A stretch of DNA of 64,000 nt, taken from Octopus sinensis (Eukaryota). The position numbers were made by a program, and so were the translations under genes. The stretch's first letter is position 1, and every line of letters starts with the position of its first letter. The stretch is from the NCBI RefSeq assembly GCF_006345805.1, contig NC_043003.1, positions 45,880,001 through 45,944,000 of the forward strand, written 5' to 3'. A model generated the notes under the pieces. That model saw only the letters and a list, made by a program, of their open reading frames with translations. It made no database searches and was not told where the DNA came from. This document shows positions 27,277-42,155 of the stretch, piece after piece.

Positions 27277-27430
27277 TAATAATAATAATAATGATAATAA
27301 TAATAATAATTAGAAGAAGAAGAAGAGAAGAAGAAGAAGAAGAGAAGAAGAAGAAGAAGAAGAATGAGAACTACAACAACAACAACTACTCCTACTACTG
27401 CTGCTGCTGCTGCTACTACTACTACTACTA
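27134..27430. repeat. (TAA)n followed by (GAA)n and (CAA/CTA/CTG)n
   Basis: Direct reading. Confidence 0.95.
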
Positions 27431-28581
27431 CAACTTCTACAAAAATAACAATACATCATGATGTCCAGTAGATCATGATGATGTGAACGGTATGGGCTTA
27501 ACTCTCGAAGTGCGTAGCAGCAGGTCCACTGACTTTTCATGCTGTATTCCCACCGTTTAGTAATTTCTTAGAGCGGTGCTGATCACCTCGATCAGCTTGG
27601 TGACATACATTATTATGGTGACGTCACACGCGTATACTGACTCAGATCTTCCACATTTAGCTTGCATAGAATTTACTGCAACATTGCTAGTTTCCAGAGA
27701 AGAGGTTCTGGAAATAAAACATAAGAGACGAGAGTGATTAAGCTTGGCGACCAAATGAATTATGCTGAATGATTCTGATAGGTGGCCATTTACTCTAATC
27801 ATTTGCCCTAACTACTGAGCAAATGCGCTGCAGTCATACAGCTTTAAAAATGGCACCGAAATCGGTTAACGTATGAACAACTGCTACCAGAGTTTCGTTT
27901 TGCGCTGTTGAATATACTAGAGAACCAGCCTACACGTTAATGTAAGACGCTAAAATTCTGCCTGCTCTCTGTGTCATTCTCAATCTTGAATATCCAACCC
28001 ATACATCCCTATACCATGTCGTTTCAGACATCTAACATTTTTTTTTATTATTATCTTAGACATCTACCGTTTTTTTATTATTTCATTTAAGGATACATTG
28101 AATAGCTTTTATTTTCAAGAAGTACAAGAATGTCAATTTTTCTTTACTGTTTCTTTAAAATATTGATATGGAAGAAAGCAGAAATTTTGTGAGATATCCC
28201 TCCGAAATTTTCTTCCGAGAATCGAACATTGATTATCACATGTCTTTTGCTAGTAATCAAATCTTGTGCTGATGCTGTCTGCGCACTAAGAAAGTTGGTC
28301 ATCGCTATGGCTTGGTTTCAGAAATTTTTTTATTTTGGAACTGTCGTTTTTGCTGTTAAATTAAATTTCAAAGTACGAATGTTTGTGTTAACTTGTTTTC
28401 TAACTTTCTCTTTAACTTTCTTTTTGATATCTACGAAAATATGAAAATGCGGTGGCGTATCCCATCGCCACTTCACTGTATACCATGTGGATAACATTTT
28501 TGAAAACTTATCTGCTAGAAAAAAAATGAAAAATGTACTTTTCTCCAACAAATATCTCTATGCTGCATATCTACAAGACAC

Positions 28582-28584
<3 letters not shown>

Positions 28585-28636
<52 letters not shown>

Positions 28637-28752
28637 AGATAACAAAAATTATATAAAACAAATCCGATGGTTTCTTCAGATCTCACGCAACTTGTCTATA
28701 GCAGAAAAATCCAATAATAATAACAACAATAATAATAATAGTAATAATAATG

Positions 28753-28831
<79 letters not shown>

Positions 28832-28871
28832 TAATGATAATAATAACAATAATAACAACAACAACAACAAC

Positions 28872-28914
<43 letters not shown>

Positions 28915-28915
28915 T

Positions 28916-28946
<31 letters not shown>

Positions 28947-29050
28947 GATGATGATGATAACAATAATAACAATAACAACAACAATGGTAACAACAACAAC
29001 AATAATAATAATATTAATAATAATAACAACATTAATAACAAAAACAACAA
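28585..29050. repeat. (AG)n and long (TAA/CAA/GAT)n microsatellites
   Basis: Direct reading. Confidence 0.95.
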
Positions 29051-29299
29051 TTGACTATTGTCGAAAGCATTATTACCATTATTATCAATGCATCTTAGAT
29101 TCTGTTAATATGATAAACATGCATATTTACCTTTCTAAATGTCATGCGGGTTTCAAGACAGATTTGCCGACATTAATATGTATACACAGACATGCACACT
29201 CATACACAGACACACACACTCACCTACAGACACACACACACAGTCACCTACACACACACTCATATATATGCCTGCGTTGTGTGAGTGTGTGTGTATGTG

Positions 29300-29355
<56 letters not shown>

Positions 29356-30274
29356 TATATACATATACATATACATACGTATATATATATACATATACAT
29401 ATATATGTATATGTATGTATGTATGTATGTATGTATCTAATTGGCCTTTATTCTTAATCCAGAATAATTTGGTAGCAGATTTTTTTATAATAGTAAGGGA
29501 GCGTCGACATCGAATGCTTTTTTTCTTTCGTGGTATTTTGTCAACTAACTTTACTCTCAGAACTCTAACTACCGATATTGCAGAATACTTTTGGTATTCC
29601 CAGTTTCCTGGAAAATTATGTCATATTTGAAGTTTTTTCGTTTTACTTTTCTGCCAATCCTATTCTGACCACCTTTTTCCATTGAAATGCTGCTTCATGG
29701 CATCCCTATGTAAGAGCTTCAGGCGGTTTTTATGCTGCTTCCACACTTTCATTCACTCTAAAAGTTGTGGGGGTTCTAGATTTCACTATAGTGCCCATGT
29801 GTCCCATCCAGTAGAACAGATCCAGGAGTAGATATATATTCACGCTGCTGGATGTCCTGGCACAAAAGTGTTATCTCACCTTAAAATTGTTATTATAAAT
29901 CATAGCTGCTGCAACTGATTCAACCTCCTATTATTCCGACGTCGAATAAGAAAGTATCAGCCGAATACAACAGCGAGATACTACGGTTCTCGGGAAACGT
30001 TGCCTTTAGTTCAATGTTCTATGTTAAATTGTTTCTATAATCGATAAATAAGATCCCTTAAAGTGACCACAGCCTGGTTCCCTACACCCAACCTGTCACT
30101 CTCAGAAATCGCACTGTCCAAATATTTTAAATTCTTCCGTAATCATAGCGTCTAATTTGCAGTAGAGATGGTTGAAGATTTTTCTGGAGGCATTTTGGGT
30201 TTTGGTTAGTTAAAGAATTAGGAATTCCTTCATTTATTCTTAGACCAGTCGCTGACTCTGCACGTCTAAAATAA

Positions 30275-30730
30275 TCTTTCTCTTCTATTTGTCTGTCATT
30301 AGATTGCGGCCTTGCAGGAGCGCTGACTTGTAGAATTTTAGTTGAACGAATCGACTTCAGTGCTTATATGTATTAAGTTCAGTAATTATTCTAACGGTGC
30401 CTTTTACCGAACGGCTAGTAACAGGGACGTAAACACACCAACACCGGTTGTCAAATGATGGTGGTGGACAAACAAAGACACAAAGACACACACATATACG
30501 CACACATACACACACATATATGTATATATACATACATGTATATACACATACATATATATATACACACACACACAACTGGTTACTTTCAGTTTTTGTCTAC
30601 CAAATCTATTCACAAATGTTTTGGGCGGCCCGCACCTATAGTTTAAAGCACCTACCCAAGATGCCACGCAGCGACATGGAAGCTTGAGGCATGTGGTTAG
30701 AAAGCAAGTTTCTTACCACACAGTCATGCC
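30275..30730 (-). mobile_element. SINE family A-like (diverged)
   Basis: Reverse complement of the family A head (GGCATGACTGTGTGGTAAGAAAC) and the GACAACCGGTGTTGGTGTGTTTACGTCCC body. Confidence 0.8.
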
Positions 30731-31009
30731 ACAGCTGAGATACCATCAAAAATAACTGCACGAATGGCATATCACGATGCTTATTGATATGTCTTTGTCT
30801 AAATAGGTTCTACAACGCGCTCAACAATCTTGTGCGAATAAACACACCATCAGTGAATTTGCTTCACAGACTTTCATATACACGTCCTAGTATTAGTGCA
30901 AAATATGTTAGCATTATCATACACCCAGGTTTTATTTCATAGGCGACCAGAAAAAAATCAAACAGAGCTGGCGTATTCAAGAGTAGTCGAAGCAGATATA
31001 TCATTGTGT

Positions 31010-31234
31010 AATTACTCTTTTACTTGTTTCGATCATTTGACTGTGGCTATGCTGGGGCATCTCCTTTAGTCGAGCAAATCGACCCCAGAACTTATTCTTT
31101 GTAAGCCTAGTACTTGTTCTATCGGTCCCTTTTGCCGCACCGGTAAGCTACAGGGACCTAAACACACCAGCAACGGTTATCAAGCGATGTTGGGGGGACA
31201 AACACAGACACACAAACATACACACACACACGCA

Positions 31235-31324
<90 letters not shown>

Positions 31325-31475
31325 GACGAGCTTCTTTCAGTTTCCGTCTACCATATCTACTCACAAGGCTTTGGTCGGCCCGAGGCTATAGTAGAAGACA
31401 CCCAAGGTGCCGCGCAGTGGAGCTGAACCCGGAACCATACAGTTCGTAAGCAAGCTACTTACGACACAGCCACTC
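31010..31475 (-). mobile_element. SINE family A
   Basis: Full reverse-complement match to the 3611 and 13755 copies. Confidence 0.9.
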
Positions 31476-32781
31476 TTACGCCATTCTATTGCATAAGAAT
31501 CTTCACAAATATATTCGGGAATACATTTATTTTGGCAAGATTTATTTGTCTTCAGTTCATACATCATCAAGAACCTTCATAAAGCGAATGAATAAAATGA
31601 AAATTAAGTCACATTGAACTATAGAATTCTCGTGGATTTGTCATAAGCTAAAAATCAGAAGTGTATTAATATGGCTTAAAGACATAACGCAATAGATTGT
31701 TCTAAATATTAAGATAATACTGGTACTGCGGTAACATCCCCCAACAATTCAAAGGTGAGCAAATAATCAATAAATACCCGCAGAAGGGTGATCGAAAGAA
31801 CTTTGGCAACTAGCAAGGAAGTTCATTTCTCTCAATGACATGAAGAATAGATGCAAAATTACAAATCACGATATTTCAGGAAATAAATATCCAAGCAAAC
31901 TGTCTCTGAAAGCCAGTTTGGATTTTAAGTTACATGGAACACCACCACAAGCACAGTGGTAACAACACAATACTTACATAAACACATACATATATGTATG
32001 TATGTATGTATGCATGTATGTATGTATGTATGTATAACAAATTCATATTTAGGACTTATTATGGAAGCGGAAAATGGAAGATGACGAGTAAATTTATTTA
32101 TCTTTATCCATCACAACGATCGTTTCAACCCATGTTACATCGTTCCTTTACAAGTGCGACACATACCCCACCCTCACAAACACACATATATACATGTACA
32201 TATATATATAAACACATGTATTTATCTATGTGTATGTATGTGTATAGGGACACCATTAATCTCAAAAGAGAACATATTTGGAATAAACAGTCATTATCGA
32301 TGTCTAGACCCCTTACAACATCCAAGCTACATAATGCCTAATAGGTACTCAACACGGAATATTTATTCAATGTCTAACAGATATACAACGCCTAATACAT
32401 AATGTCTTTAAAATGTTAAACAAATTTACTCGTCTGTGGAATATTTTGTTTTGGTTTTCACCAGTATATTTTGTTTTCAAAGTGCAAATGTCTGTGCTAA
32501 CGTGTTTGTCGATTAAATTTGTCTCGAAATAATTTACTGATTAGGTAAATTAAAAGAATGATATTGAAAAATTTCCCCAGAGGGTATTCCGCATGAATAA
32601 TATACAGTTAAATGAAGTCTGACAGTAAACTTTTTGAACTGTGTATAACTTTTTTTCAATAAAAAAAATTATATCTGTAACGGGAAGAAAAATTATTGAT
32701 ATTTAAGATAATTATTTAAAAATCTATAAGGGAGAGAACTCGCGAATTTGCTATATATTAAAAGAGTGATGTGTGTGTGGA

Positions 32782-32890
<109 letters not shown>

Positions 32891-33130
32891 GCCTGTCTGT
32901 CTGTCTGTATGTCTGTCTGTCTCTCTGCCTGTCTGTCTATCTATTTATCTATTTATCTATTTATCTATCTATCGGTATATACATATGTGCGTGTGTGAGT
33001 GGGTATATGTGTATGTGATTTAATAAGAATATTATATATTATTATGAGCGACTAATATATAGTTTCATGCGATCAAGATGATTTACGTTTTTTGTTGATC
33101 TTACCATCACGGATCAGTACACTGTAATAT

Positions 33131-33490
33131 AGTAGCTGTGTGGTAAGTAGCTTGCTTACCAACCACATGGTTCCGGGTTCAGTCCCACTGCATGGGGTGG
33201 TGTCTTCTACTTCAGCCTCGAGCCGACCAAAGCCTTGAGAGTACATTTGGTAAACGGAAACTGAAAGAAGCCTGTCGTATATATGTGTTTGTGTGTGTGC
33301 GTACGTGTGTGTATGTATGTGTGTCTGTATTTGTTCCCCTCCCCCAACATGACTTGACAACTTTAATGGCAAAAGAGACCGATAAAATAAGTACTAAGCT
33401 TACAAAGAATAAATCCTGGGATCGATTTGCTCGACTAAAGGCGATGCTCCAGTATGGCTGCAATCAAATGCCCTCAACAAGTAAAAGAAT
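33131..33490 (+). mobile_element. SINE family A
   Basis: GTAGCTGTGTGGTAAGTAGCTTGCTTACCAACCACATGGTTCCGGGTTCAGTCCC...AAGTAAAAGAAT. Confidence 0.9.
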
Positions 33491-33497
33491 ATATATA

Positions 33498-34160
33498 CAG
33501 GGGTTGGACAAAATAATAGAAACGCCTTAAAATTTCAAACAAGTATATTTTGATATGGGGTAGGACAGCGTTTGGCAGTAATTACAGCTTGAAATCTATG
33601 AGGTATAGACTCGTACAAAGTTTGAATTGTTTCCAATGGAATTTTTGTGCATTCTTTAGCTAAAACAGTCTCCTGTTCTTGTAGTGATGATGGTGAAGGA
33701 TATTGACTCCTTACTTGTTTTTCTAAAATGCACCATAAATGTTCAATAATATTGAGATGTGGGGATTGTGGTGGCTAGATAAGATGTTCAACGTCACTAG
33801 AATGTTCCTCTAGTCATTCAGTAACAACTTTAACTGTGTGAATTCGTGCATTATCATCCTGAAAGATTGCGTTTCACTCCGGAAACAGTTCCACAACCAT
33901 ATGATTACTTTGATCAGATATAATGCTTAAATAGTCTTGACTATTATTTCTGCCATGACGAGAAACCATTGGGTCAGTGGATTTCCAAGATATAGTCCCC
34001 CAGATCATCACAGATCCTTCTCCATATTTAACAGTTGGAAGTCTCCATCATTGGGACAAATTCACAGACATAGCACAGACAAATTCACATTTGGAACATG
34101 AGAAAAGTCTTGCATATTTTTACTGTTCCACTCACCGATTGCATTTGTAATGTAAGAATT
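33498..34160 (-). mobile_element. Tc1-like transposon fragment with one TIR
   Basis: TA|CAGGGGTTGGACAAAATAAT terminus. The minus strand encodes TVKYGEGSVMIWG...FQDDNARIHT...PPQSPHLNIIEHLW, the second D and the E of a DD34E motif. Confidence 0.85.
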
Positions 34161-34199
34161 AGCTGGTCGATTTCTCTTTCTGAAAATCCCAGTTTATCC

Positions 34200-35235
34200 A
34201 GATTCTTTTTTAAGCATTTACTAACAAAACCTAATGTTCCAAGTATTATTGTTGTGAATATGAATTCATAGTCTGGATATAGAAGCCGGAGGTTTCGAAG
34301 CAGTTGTCCATAGATATCCTAGTTTTCTTTGATTTTCAAAGAGATATTTATATCTGCAGAGCAGCTAACCTCTATGATGTTACATACCTCCGTCCCAAAC
34401 AACAATATCAGGCCTGTTATGCTTACATTTGACAGAAGTTTTGATGGAATTTTCAACCAGTATTCTTTGAGTTGGTATTTATGAATGTATTGCAATTTCT
34501 AAATTTATTTCAGGACAGCCATTTTTGCGGGTGGCACTGTAAATTATTTTAGCAACAACATTGTGCCGTATGGGGAGGTCGTACCGTGACGACATTTTAG
34601 GACAGCTGCTAATCACATGCGAGATGTCTTCCACAGAAACATGACATAGCCTACATATGCTGTTGCACCTTGGGATTATAAGAGCATCATTGTCTTTCTT
34701 GTTCACCAGGTACTTTGTAGCAATCTCCTGTTCCAGGATTGGGAAAGCATAGACTTCAAAATGTGATGTGATGTAGAGGTCTTGTGTCCAAGAGAGCTAT
34801 ACTTCGTGTCAATTCTATTGTCTTCTAGCTTCCGGGCAATATACCCATGCATTGTCTCTTTTTTTTTTGTATGCTGAGTGCTTTCCATCCAGGTCTTCAC
34901 TGAGATAAGAGAGCCCAGCCGTTTTGGAGCTGTATAGGAGAACATCAGGAAGAGAATGCGCCTTGAGGAGTTCACTGCCAACTCGTACAATGTAGCTCAC
35001 TTCACTTTTCAGCACTGCATTTATATATTTATTTATGCTCCTGTTCTTTAGCAGGTACTGCCTGAGTGATACCGTACGGCATTATAAGGCCGTCTGCACT
35101 GATCTCATGCCTCTGCCATCTTCATTTCTACTTAGGTAGTGCCTATCATCATCAGTGTTTCTGTAGAAGTTCCCAGTTGTTGTCAGGATTTTGTCAGGAT
35201 TCTGCGGGTTTTGATATCTATGGAGTGGATTTCCT
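34200..35235 (-). mobile_element. Degenerate R4/Dong-like RLE LINE 3' fragment
   Basis: Remnants SVEEIHSIDIKTRRILT and the CCHC finger CRLCHVSVEDISHVISSCPKMSSRYDLPIRHNVVAK. Confidence 0.85.
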
Positions 35236-36254
35236 CTACAGATCAATCAAGTATGTATGTATGTGTGCATGCATGTATGTAATGCAATTGTTATGAACCA
35301 GATCTTGCTCCACCAAGTTTACACCAGTGGCTGTGGATTGCAGCTATTCTGAGACTTCACTTCTCAGAAACGCATAAAACAAACTCCGAAATATTTTGAT
35401 TGGAGATGATTTTATTTTCCAAGCATATGCTAACAAGAACAGATGTGGCCGTATAGTTAAAGCATTTGATTCGTAAAAATGTGGTTTCTGAAACGATACT
35501 GTTATTTGGCACCTTCGGCAAGTTTCTTATACGACATCCTGGGATCGGCTAATGAATTTGGCAAACGAAAATCGTGCGGTAGCCGTTTCAACTCTTGAAT
35601 GATACACTTAATTTCTCATCTATTCTATTATAATCATATGACATATCGGGGCGTGGCCCGTTCCGATGCAAGCATTCAGGTGAGGTTATTATCAGGAGAC
35701 AACATCCCCTCATCAACATACTAAAATCTAAAAGACTAAAGCATATCTACTCAAAAATCACACAAGAAAAGTAACTTACGAAAATAGATAACCAAAGGAA
35801 AATGTATTTCTTGATGTACAAAAGACAGGATAGTCACGGTTGGAAGTATTTTGATTGCAGTTCTACCCGATTATAGTTGACTCCACGTGAAGCAATAACA
35901 ACTCGATGAGTACTAAAGATATGATCGTTGTTAATAAACTATTAGTAACTTACAGTATATTATCTTGTACAAGGATTCGGTCTTGACACCGATTGAATAT
36001 GGAAATACGGCACAGCACCAATTTAATATATTCAGACTTAACTCATATATTCAGTAATTTAAGTACCATATATTCCTACACTTATATATTGCGCCACTTA
36101 CACACACATAGACACCAAACAATATATATGAATATAATTTCGCATAAACCTCTAAATCAGTCATACTTAACACAATCGATTCTAAAAGAATATATAAATG
36201 TGTATCTCTACATACATATATAAATACATAAATACATACACACACACACGCACG

Positions 36255-36288
<34 letters not shown>

Positions 36289-36290
36289 AG

Positions 36291-36518
36291 GCGGTGAGCT
36301 GGCAGACACGTTAGCACGCCGGGCGAAATGCGTGGCCGTATTTCGTCTGCCGTTTACGTTCTGAGTTCAAATTCCGCCGAGGTCAACTTTGCCTTTCATC
36401 CTTTCGGAGTCGATAAATTAAGTACCAGTTGCGCACTGGGGTCGATGTAATCGACTTCATCCCTTTGTCTATCCTTGTTTGTCCTCTCTGTGTTTAGCCC
36501 CTTGTGGGTACTAAAGAA

Positions 36519-36520
<2 letters not shown>
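36291..36520 (+). mobile_element. SINE family B (1 unit), well preserved
   Basis: GGCGGTGAGCTGGCAGACACGTTAGCACGCCGGGCGAAATG...CTGAGTTCAAATTCCGCCGAGG...AAAGAAATA. Confidence 0.92.
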
Positions 36521-36580
<60 letters not shown>

Positions 36581-36581
36581 A

Positions 36582-36617
<36 letters not shown>

Positions 36618-36763
36618 GTATATATTTATAGATATATATATGTGTGTATATATATACTTATATATGTATGTATATATATATATATTATATATAAATACAT
36701 ATATATATATAATTGTATATATTTATAGATATATATATGTGTGTATATATATACTTATACATG

Positions 36764-36851
<88 letters not shown>

Positions 36852-37972
36852 ATCCACACACACACGCATATCTGTGTGCGCGCGTGCTTCTGTGGGTGTA
36901 TTCATATAGAGGTAACCACCCTTTCCTACACACCCACTTACTTTGTAGCGAGACAGTATTTTTTTTTACCTCCGCCTCTCTAGAAATCTATCCCACACAG
37001 ACACCTGTCAGTATGCAGTGATGAAGACATCAATCAGAGGCTTATGCAACGCCAACTGTAGGCACTCTGGCGTTAAGATCTCCCATTACGGAGGTTGCGG
37101 TATGGTGAAGATAAAAGTGAGGTAGGAATGAGATGTGTGTGTGTGTGTGTGTGTCACAATTTGATGTCAGTACTGTATTATGGTTAGTGGTAAAGCTGGA
37201 GTTGATGTTAATTCCATCCCTACCCATTTACCACTCAACAGATGTTTCACCTGATAGCAGTTTCATTCATCAACAATTCCATTTTCCATAAGTAGACAGA
37301 TCTTAATCGGAGGAGTGAGAACGGAGGTATGGTTTCATGAGTAAAAGAAAAAAAAAACGAAAAAAAGACATGGGGGTGAGTAGGATGAAAGAAGAAATGT
37401 GTGGCGACTGGGCGTTAAAAATGAGAGATCTCTTTGCTTTTAATTTATCCTGTGTATGACCATCTTGCTGTCAGTAGGTTTATCATTCCACATAAAATTA
37501 TTTGCACTTTAACATAAGCACAGACATACACATAAAGACCCTGCCACACACGCACGTACACGCATACACACACACACATACATATATGTATATATATATA
37601 TATATATATATCTGTATGTGCGTGCGTGTCTGTGTGTGTACGTGTGTATACATGTGTGGTCTGTCTGTCTCTCTGTGTGTATGTATGTGCGTGTGTGTAA
37701 GTGTATAAGTGTGTTGTGTAGACGTGTGAGAATACAAATGTGCCCGAGATCAAGTGATCAACCTGCTTGTATATTATGAGTGTGAATGTGTATAGTTGCG
37801 CATATACACACATACAGACACACACTAATACATATTCACAAAGATGTGTGCGTATATATATAATATATATATATATATGTATACAGACATATCTATATAT
37901 AATATATATATACAGACATATCTATATCTATATATATATATATTATATATATAATATATATACAGACATATC

Positions 37973-38021
<49 letters not shown>

Positions 38022-38753
38022 TATATATGGAGATAGATAGATAGATTCATAGATAGATAGATAGATCGATAGACTGTGTATATGGAATATAATACGCGCA
38101 CATACACACACAAATACACATATACGCACATACGATGAAAGAGATGAAGAGACTTACAAAGAAACAGAAAGAGAGAAATATGGAAAAGTAGAAAATGTGA
38201 ATAAAAAATAACACAGACACACACACACATACGCACACTCAGAAATGTACACAGACACACACATATGTATATGTGCTTATATATACACACACAAACAAGA
38301 CACACACACACACACACACAAGCACAGACAGCGAAACGGACATACACGAGTACACAAAAGACAAGGAAAGATTATCTAAGTGATATAAATGTTGTGGTTG
38401 TAATTTGTCATAAGAGTGTCTTATATAAAAGTGATGTACGAGAGGAAAGAACAAAAACGGTACAACAGCACACACTAACGTATCAGCAACAGAAATCTTT
38501 TTTCCCAGACACCCATACAACCAACCAAAAACAGATAGAAGAGTAACAACACTAACAACAAATAATACTAACACGACCAAAAGCAGTACATCTAGAACAA
38601 CAACAGCAACAACAACAAAGCTAAGAGTAGCAGCGAAGATGATGAGAACGATAGGCAGCAACGACAGAAACAAGTATATATTAAAATAATACAATAGCTA
38701 CAACAACAAAAAAAAACTTTCAAACAAAATTTCTGGCTAAGAAAAGATCATCT

Positions 38754-38754
<1 letters not shown>

Positions 38755-38820
<66 letters not shown>

Positions 38821-38995
38821 TAGCAGTAGTAGTAGTAGTAGTAGTAGTAGTAGCGGCGGTGGCGGTGGTAGTGGTTGTGGTTGTGGCGGCGGCGGCAGCG
38901 GCGGTGGAGGTGGTGTTGGCGGCGCAAGTGGTGGTCGTGGTATTAGTAGTAGTAGTAGTAGAGTAGGAGGAGGAGGAGGAGGAGGAGGAGGAAAT
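38755..38995. repeat. (GTA)n/(GGC,GGT)n/(GAG)n compound microsatellite
   Basis: Direct reading. Confidence 0.95.
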
Positions 38996-39344
38996 GGTAA
39001 TGTAGTTCATAATTTGTCAGGAGTGCAAGCGAATATTACGTTAAGGATATAAAGAGAACCACCAACACCTTCTACGATATAAATGTGACGGTTATGTGGT
39101 TATATATGAATGTTTAGCCCCGCCAAAGGCTCTGAAACTGCATCCTCGTGGAAAATGAATTTTATTTTCGAAATAAACCCCCTCACAGACACACACACAT
39201 ACACACACACAGACAATGTTGCTCGTAAATAATATTAAAAGAAATAATTTGCTCCGAGAATTAACAAGTTTTAGATCGACAAGTCTCCCACTCTCTATCC
39301 ATTTCCGACTGTCTATGTCTCTCAATATATTTACCATACTAAAG

Positions 39345-39930
39345 CAGCGAGCTGGCAGAATCGTTAGCACGCCGGACGAAATTCGTAGCGGCATTTCGTC
39401 TGCCGTTACGTTCTGAGTTCAAATTCCACCGAGGTCGACTTTACCTTTTATCATTTCGGTGTCGATTAAATAAGTACCAGTTACGCACTGAGGTCGATGT
39501 AAGTGACTTAATCCGCTTGTCAGTCTTTGTTTGTCCTCTCTGTGTTTAGCCCCTTGTGGGTAGTAAAGAAATAGGTATTCCGTCTGTCCTTATGTTCTGA
39601 CTTCAAATTCCGCCGAGGTCGACTTTGCCTTTCATTCTTTCGGGGTCGATTAAATAAGTACCAGTTACGCACTGAGGTCGATATAATCGACTTAATCCGT
39701 TTGTCAGTCTTTCTTTGTCCTCTCTGTGTTTAGCCCCTTGAGGGTAGTAAAGAAATAGGTATTCCGTCTGTCCTTATGTTCTGACTTCAAATTCCGCCGA
39801 GGTCGAATTTGCCTTCCATCCTTCCGGGGCCGATAAATTAAGCACCAGTTGCGTACTGTAGTCGATCTAACCGACTGGCCCCCTACCCACTAAAAAAAAT
39901 TTCGGGCCTTGTGACCAGAGTAGAAAAGAA
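39345..39930 (+). mobile_element. SINE family B with 3 tandem internal units
   Basis: One head, then TTCTGA(G/C)TTCAAATTCC at ~39411, ~39595 and ~39780, ending in the tail ...CCAGAGTAGAAAAGAAT. Confidence 0.9.
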
Positions 39931-40298
39931 TACATTTATCATACTCTTTGACTCTCACTCACTCAGTATATGTATTAACTCACGCATATAGCTTTCAATT
40001 TGTTTAAAACCTCGGCTTCTAATATTTACTTTCATTCTATGACTGCTTATCATGCATAAAATGCATGGCTTCCAAATCCTGTTTTCTGATTGGGTAAAAC
40101 TGATCCAACTTTAATAAACCATTGTGACATTTAAAGAATTTTTTCTGGGGAAAAAAAATGAATTGCAGTCACGGATTCATCATGAAAAAATACATCAATA
40201 TACCAAATTTGAACATTTTCACTTAATTTTAAAATTCCAGAATCCGTGACAGCGACAGAAAAGATCTCTCTTTCTTGCGCTATCTCTCTCTCACTTTT

Positions 40299-40340
<42 letters not shown>

Positions 40341-41255
40341 TTTCCCTTTGTCTATCTTTCATTTTCTCATGATAAACTTTTTCACTCTCAATGAAATTAT
40401 ATCGCTGAAGCTGATTGTGCATGCATGTAACATAAGGTATGTAAATGATAATTCATTTTGATAACATACTTTTCTGTTAGAAAATGATTTTTTATTTCAC
40501 ACACAGGTTCGGTTGATGCAGGGTGAGATTAACAATTTAAATAACAAAATTGTTTGATGTTGTTTAAATGCCAGCAATGAACCAACGCATCATCGTTCCA
40601 TAAAATGTATTTATAGGGGGAAAAGTATTGAATAGCATCAATACATGTAAGAGGGACAAACAAGTGGTTGTACGAGGCCCTAGAAACAGCAGCTAAATCG
40701 GCCTTAAATCATTTTTTGGCCAGAAAAATACTTTGAAATTATAAATTGCGAATAAGGACTCTGTATTTTAAAACTCTGTTGAAAAGAAATTTCGACAAAA
40801 AAAAAAAAACGAAAATTCTAATTTTAGGGGTTGGGGGCAGGGCGAATGAAAATATTTTTAAGGATTTCACTATTGTTTTTTAAATTAAGCTTCATTTTCT
40901 GTCTGAAAATAAAGAGAGTATGAATTGTAATTTCCAAGTGTTTTGACTCCCAAGTCTTCTTCCACCGTTTTAAGTGCGCAGCGCAAAAGGGCATTGGCCC
41001 AAATCGGTAATGAGTGGGGGAGGGAGAGTTTCAAAAATTTATAAATTTTAGATTATATTTTCATAAACAGCTATCCCCCCCCCCCATCATTCGCAAGGTT
41101 GTGGTGACAAAAGGAAATTTGAAATATCCCTGTCAAAAATGGAGAAAATCCAGCTTATGTAGGCGTGCTATTCCGAAAGTCCACTAAGGCATTCTATTGC
41201 GAAAATTACCCGACAACAATGTGTTACTCAACTAGTATGTGTGTATGTGTGTGTA

Positions 41256-41469
41256 CAGTAATCCTTCACCGTATCGCAGCTCACCTATCGTGGTTTATTA
41301 TTTAAGATTACGTCGATTCCTACGTGTTGATGTTTAGCATTTATAATAAAATGAATATATACAAATTATGAAAATAATAATAAAAAAAGCAGTACTGTTT
41401 CTACTTCACGGATTTTCAGCCATCACGGGGTTTGGGAACGTTACACCCGCGATAGTTGAGGGATTCTTG
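41256..41469. mobile_element. Tigger/pogo-like MITE
   Basis: TA|CAGTAATCCTTCACCGTATCGC ... GCGATAGTTGAGGGATTCTTG|TA, i.e. imperfect ~22 bp TIRs with a TA duplication. Confidence 0.7.
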
Positions 41470-41481
41470 TACATATCTTAT

Positions 41482-42107
41482 CTTTTACTTGTTTCCGTTA
41501 CTAGACTGCGACCATGCTGATGCATCGTCTTGAATAATTATAGTCGAATAAATCAATCCCAGTACTTATTTTATTAATCCTAGTGCTTATTCTTTTCTAC
41601 TCTAGGCTCGAAAGTTTGGGGGAGGGGGCCAGTCGATTAGGTCGACCCCATTACGCAAGTGGTACTTAATTTATCGACCTCGAAAGGATGAAAGGTAAAG
41701 TCGACCTCGGCGGAATTTGAACTCAGAACGTAAAGACAGACGAAATACCTATTTCTTTACTACCCACAAGGGGCCAAACACAGAGGAGACAAACAAGGAC
41801 AGACAGACGGATTAAGTCGATTATATCGACCCCAGTGTGAAACTGGTATTTATTTAATCGACCCCAAAAGGATGAAAGACAAAGTCGACCTCGGCGGAAT
41901 TTGAACTCAGAACGTAACGGCAGACGAAATGCCGCTACGCATTTCGCCCGGCGTGCTAATGTTTCTGCCAGCTAGCCGACTTGCCTGGTGCTTATTCTAT
42001 CAACTTCTTTTTGCCAAACCACTAAGTCACAGAGATGTAAACACTTAAAGAGCAGTTGTCAAGCGGTGGTGGGGAACAAACACAGATAAAAAGACATACA
42101 CACTCAT

Positions 42108-42155
<48 letters not shown>

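Noticed and set aside
29640-29890. Faint mariner C-terminal-like text on the minus strand (FRVNESVEAA...FQWKK)
   Set aside because: It is too decayed, with no catalytic motif or TIR to support a call.
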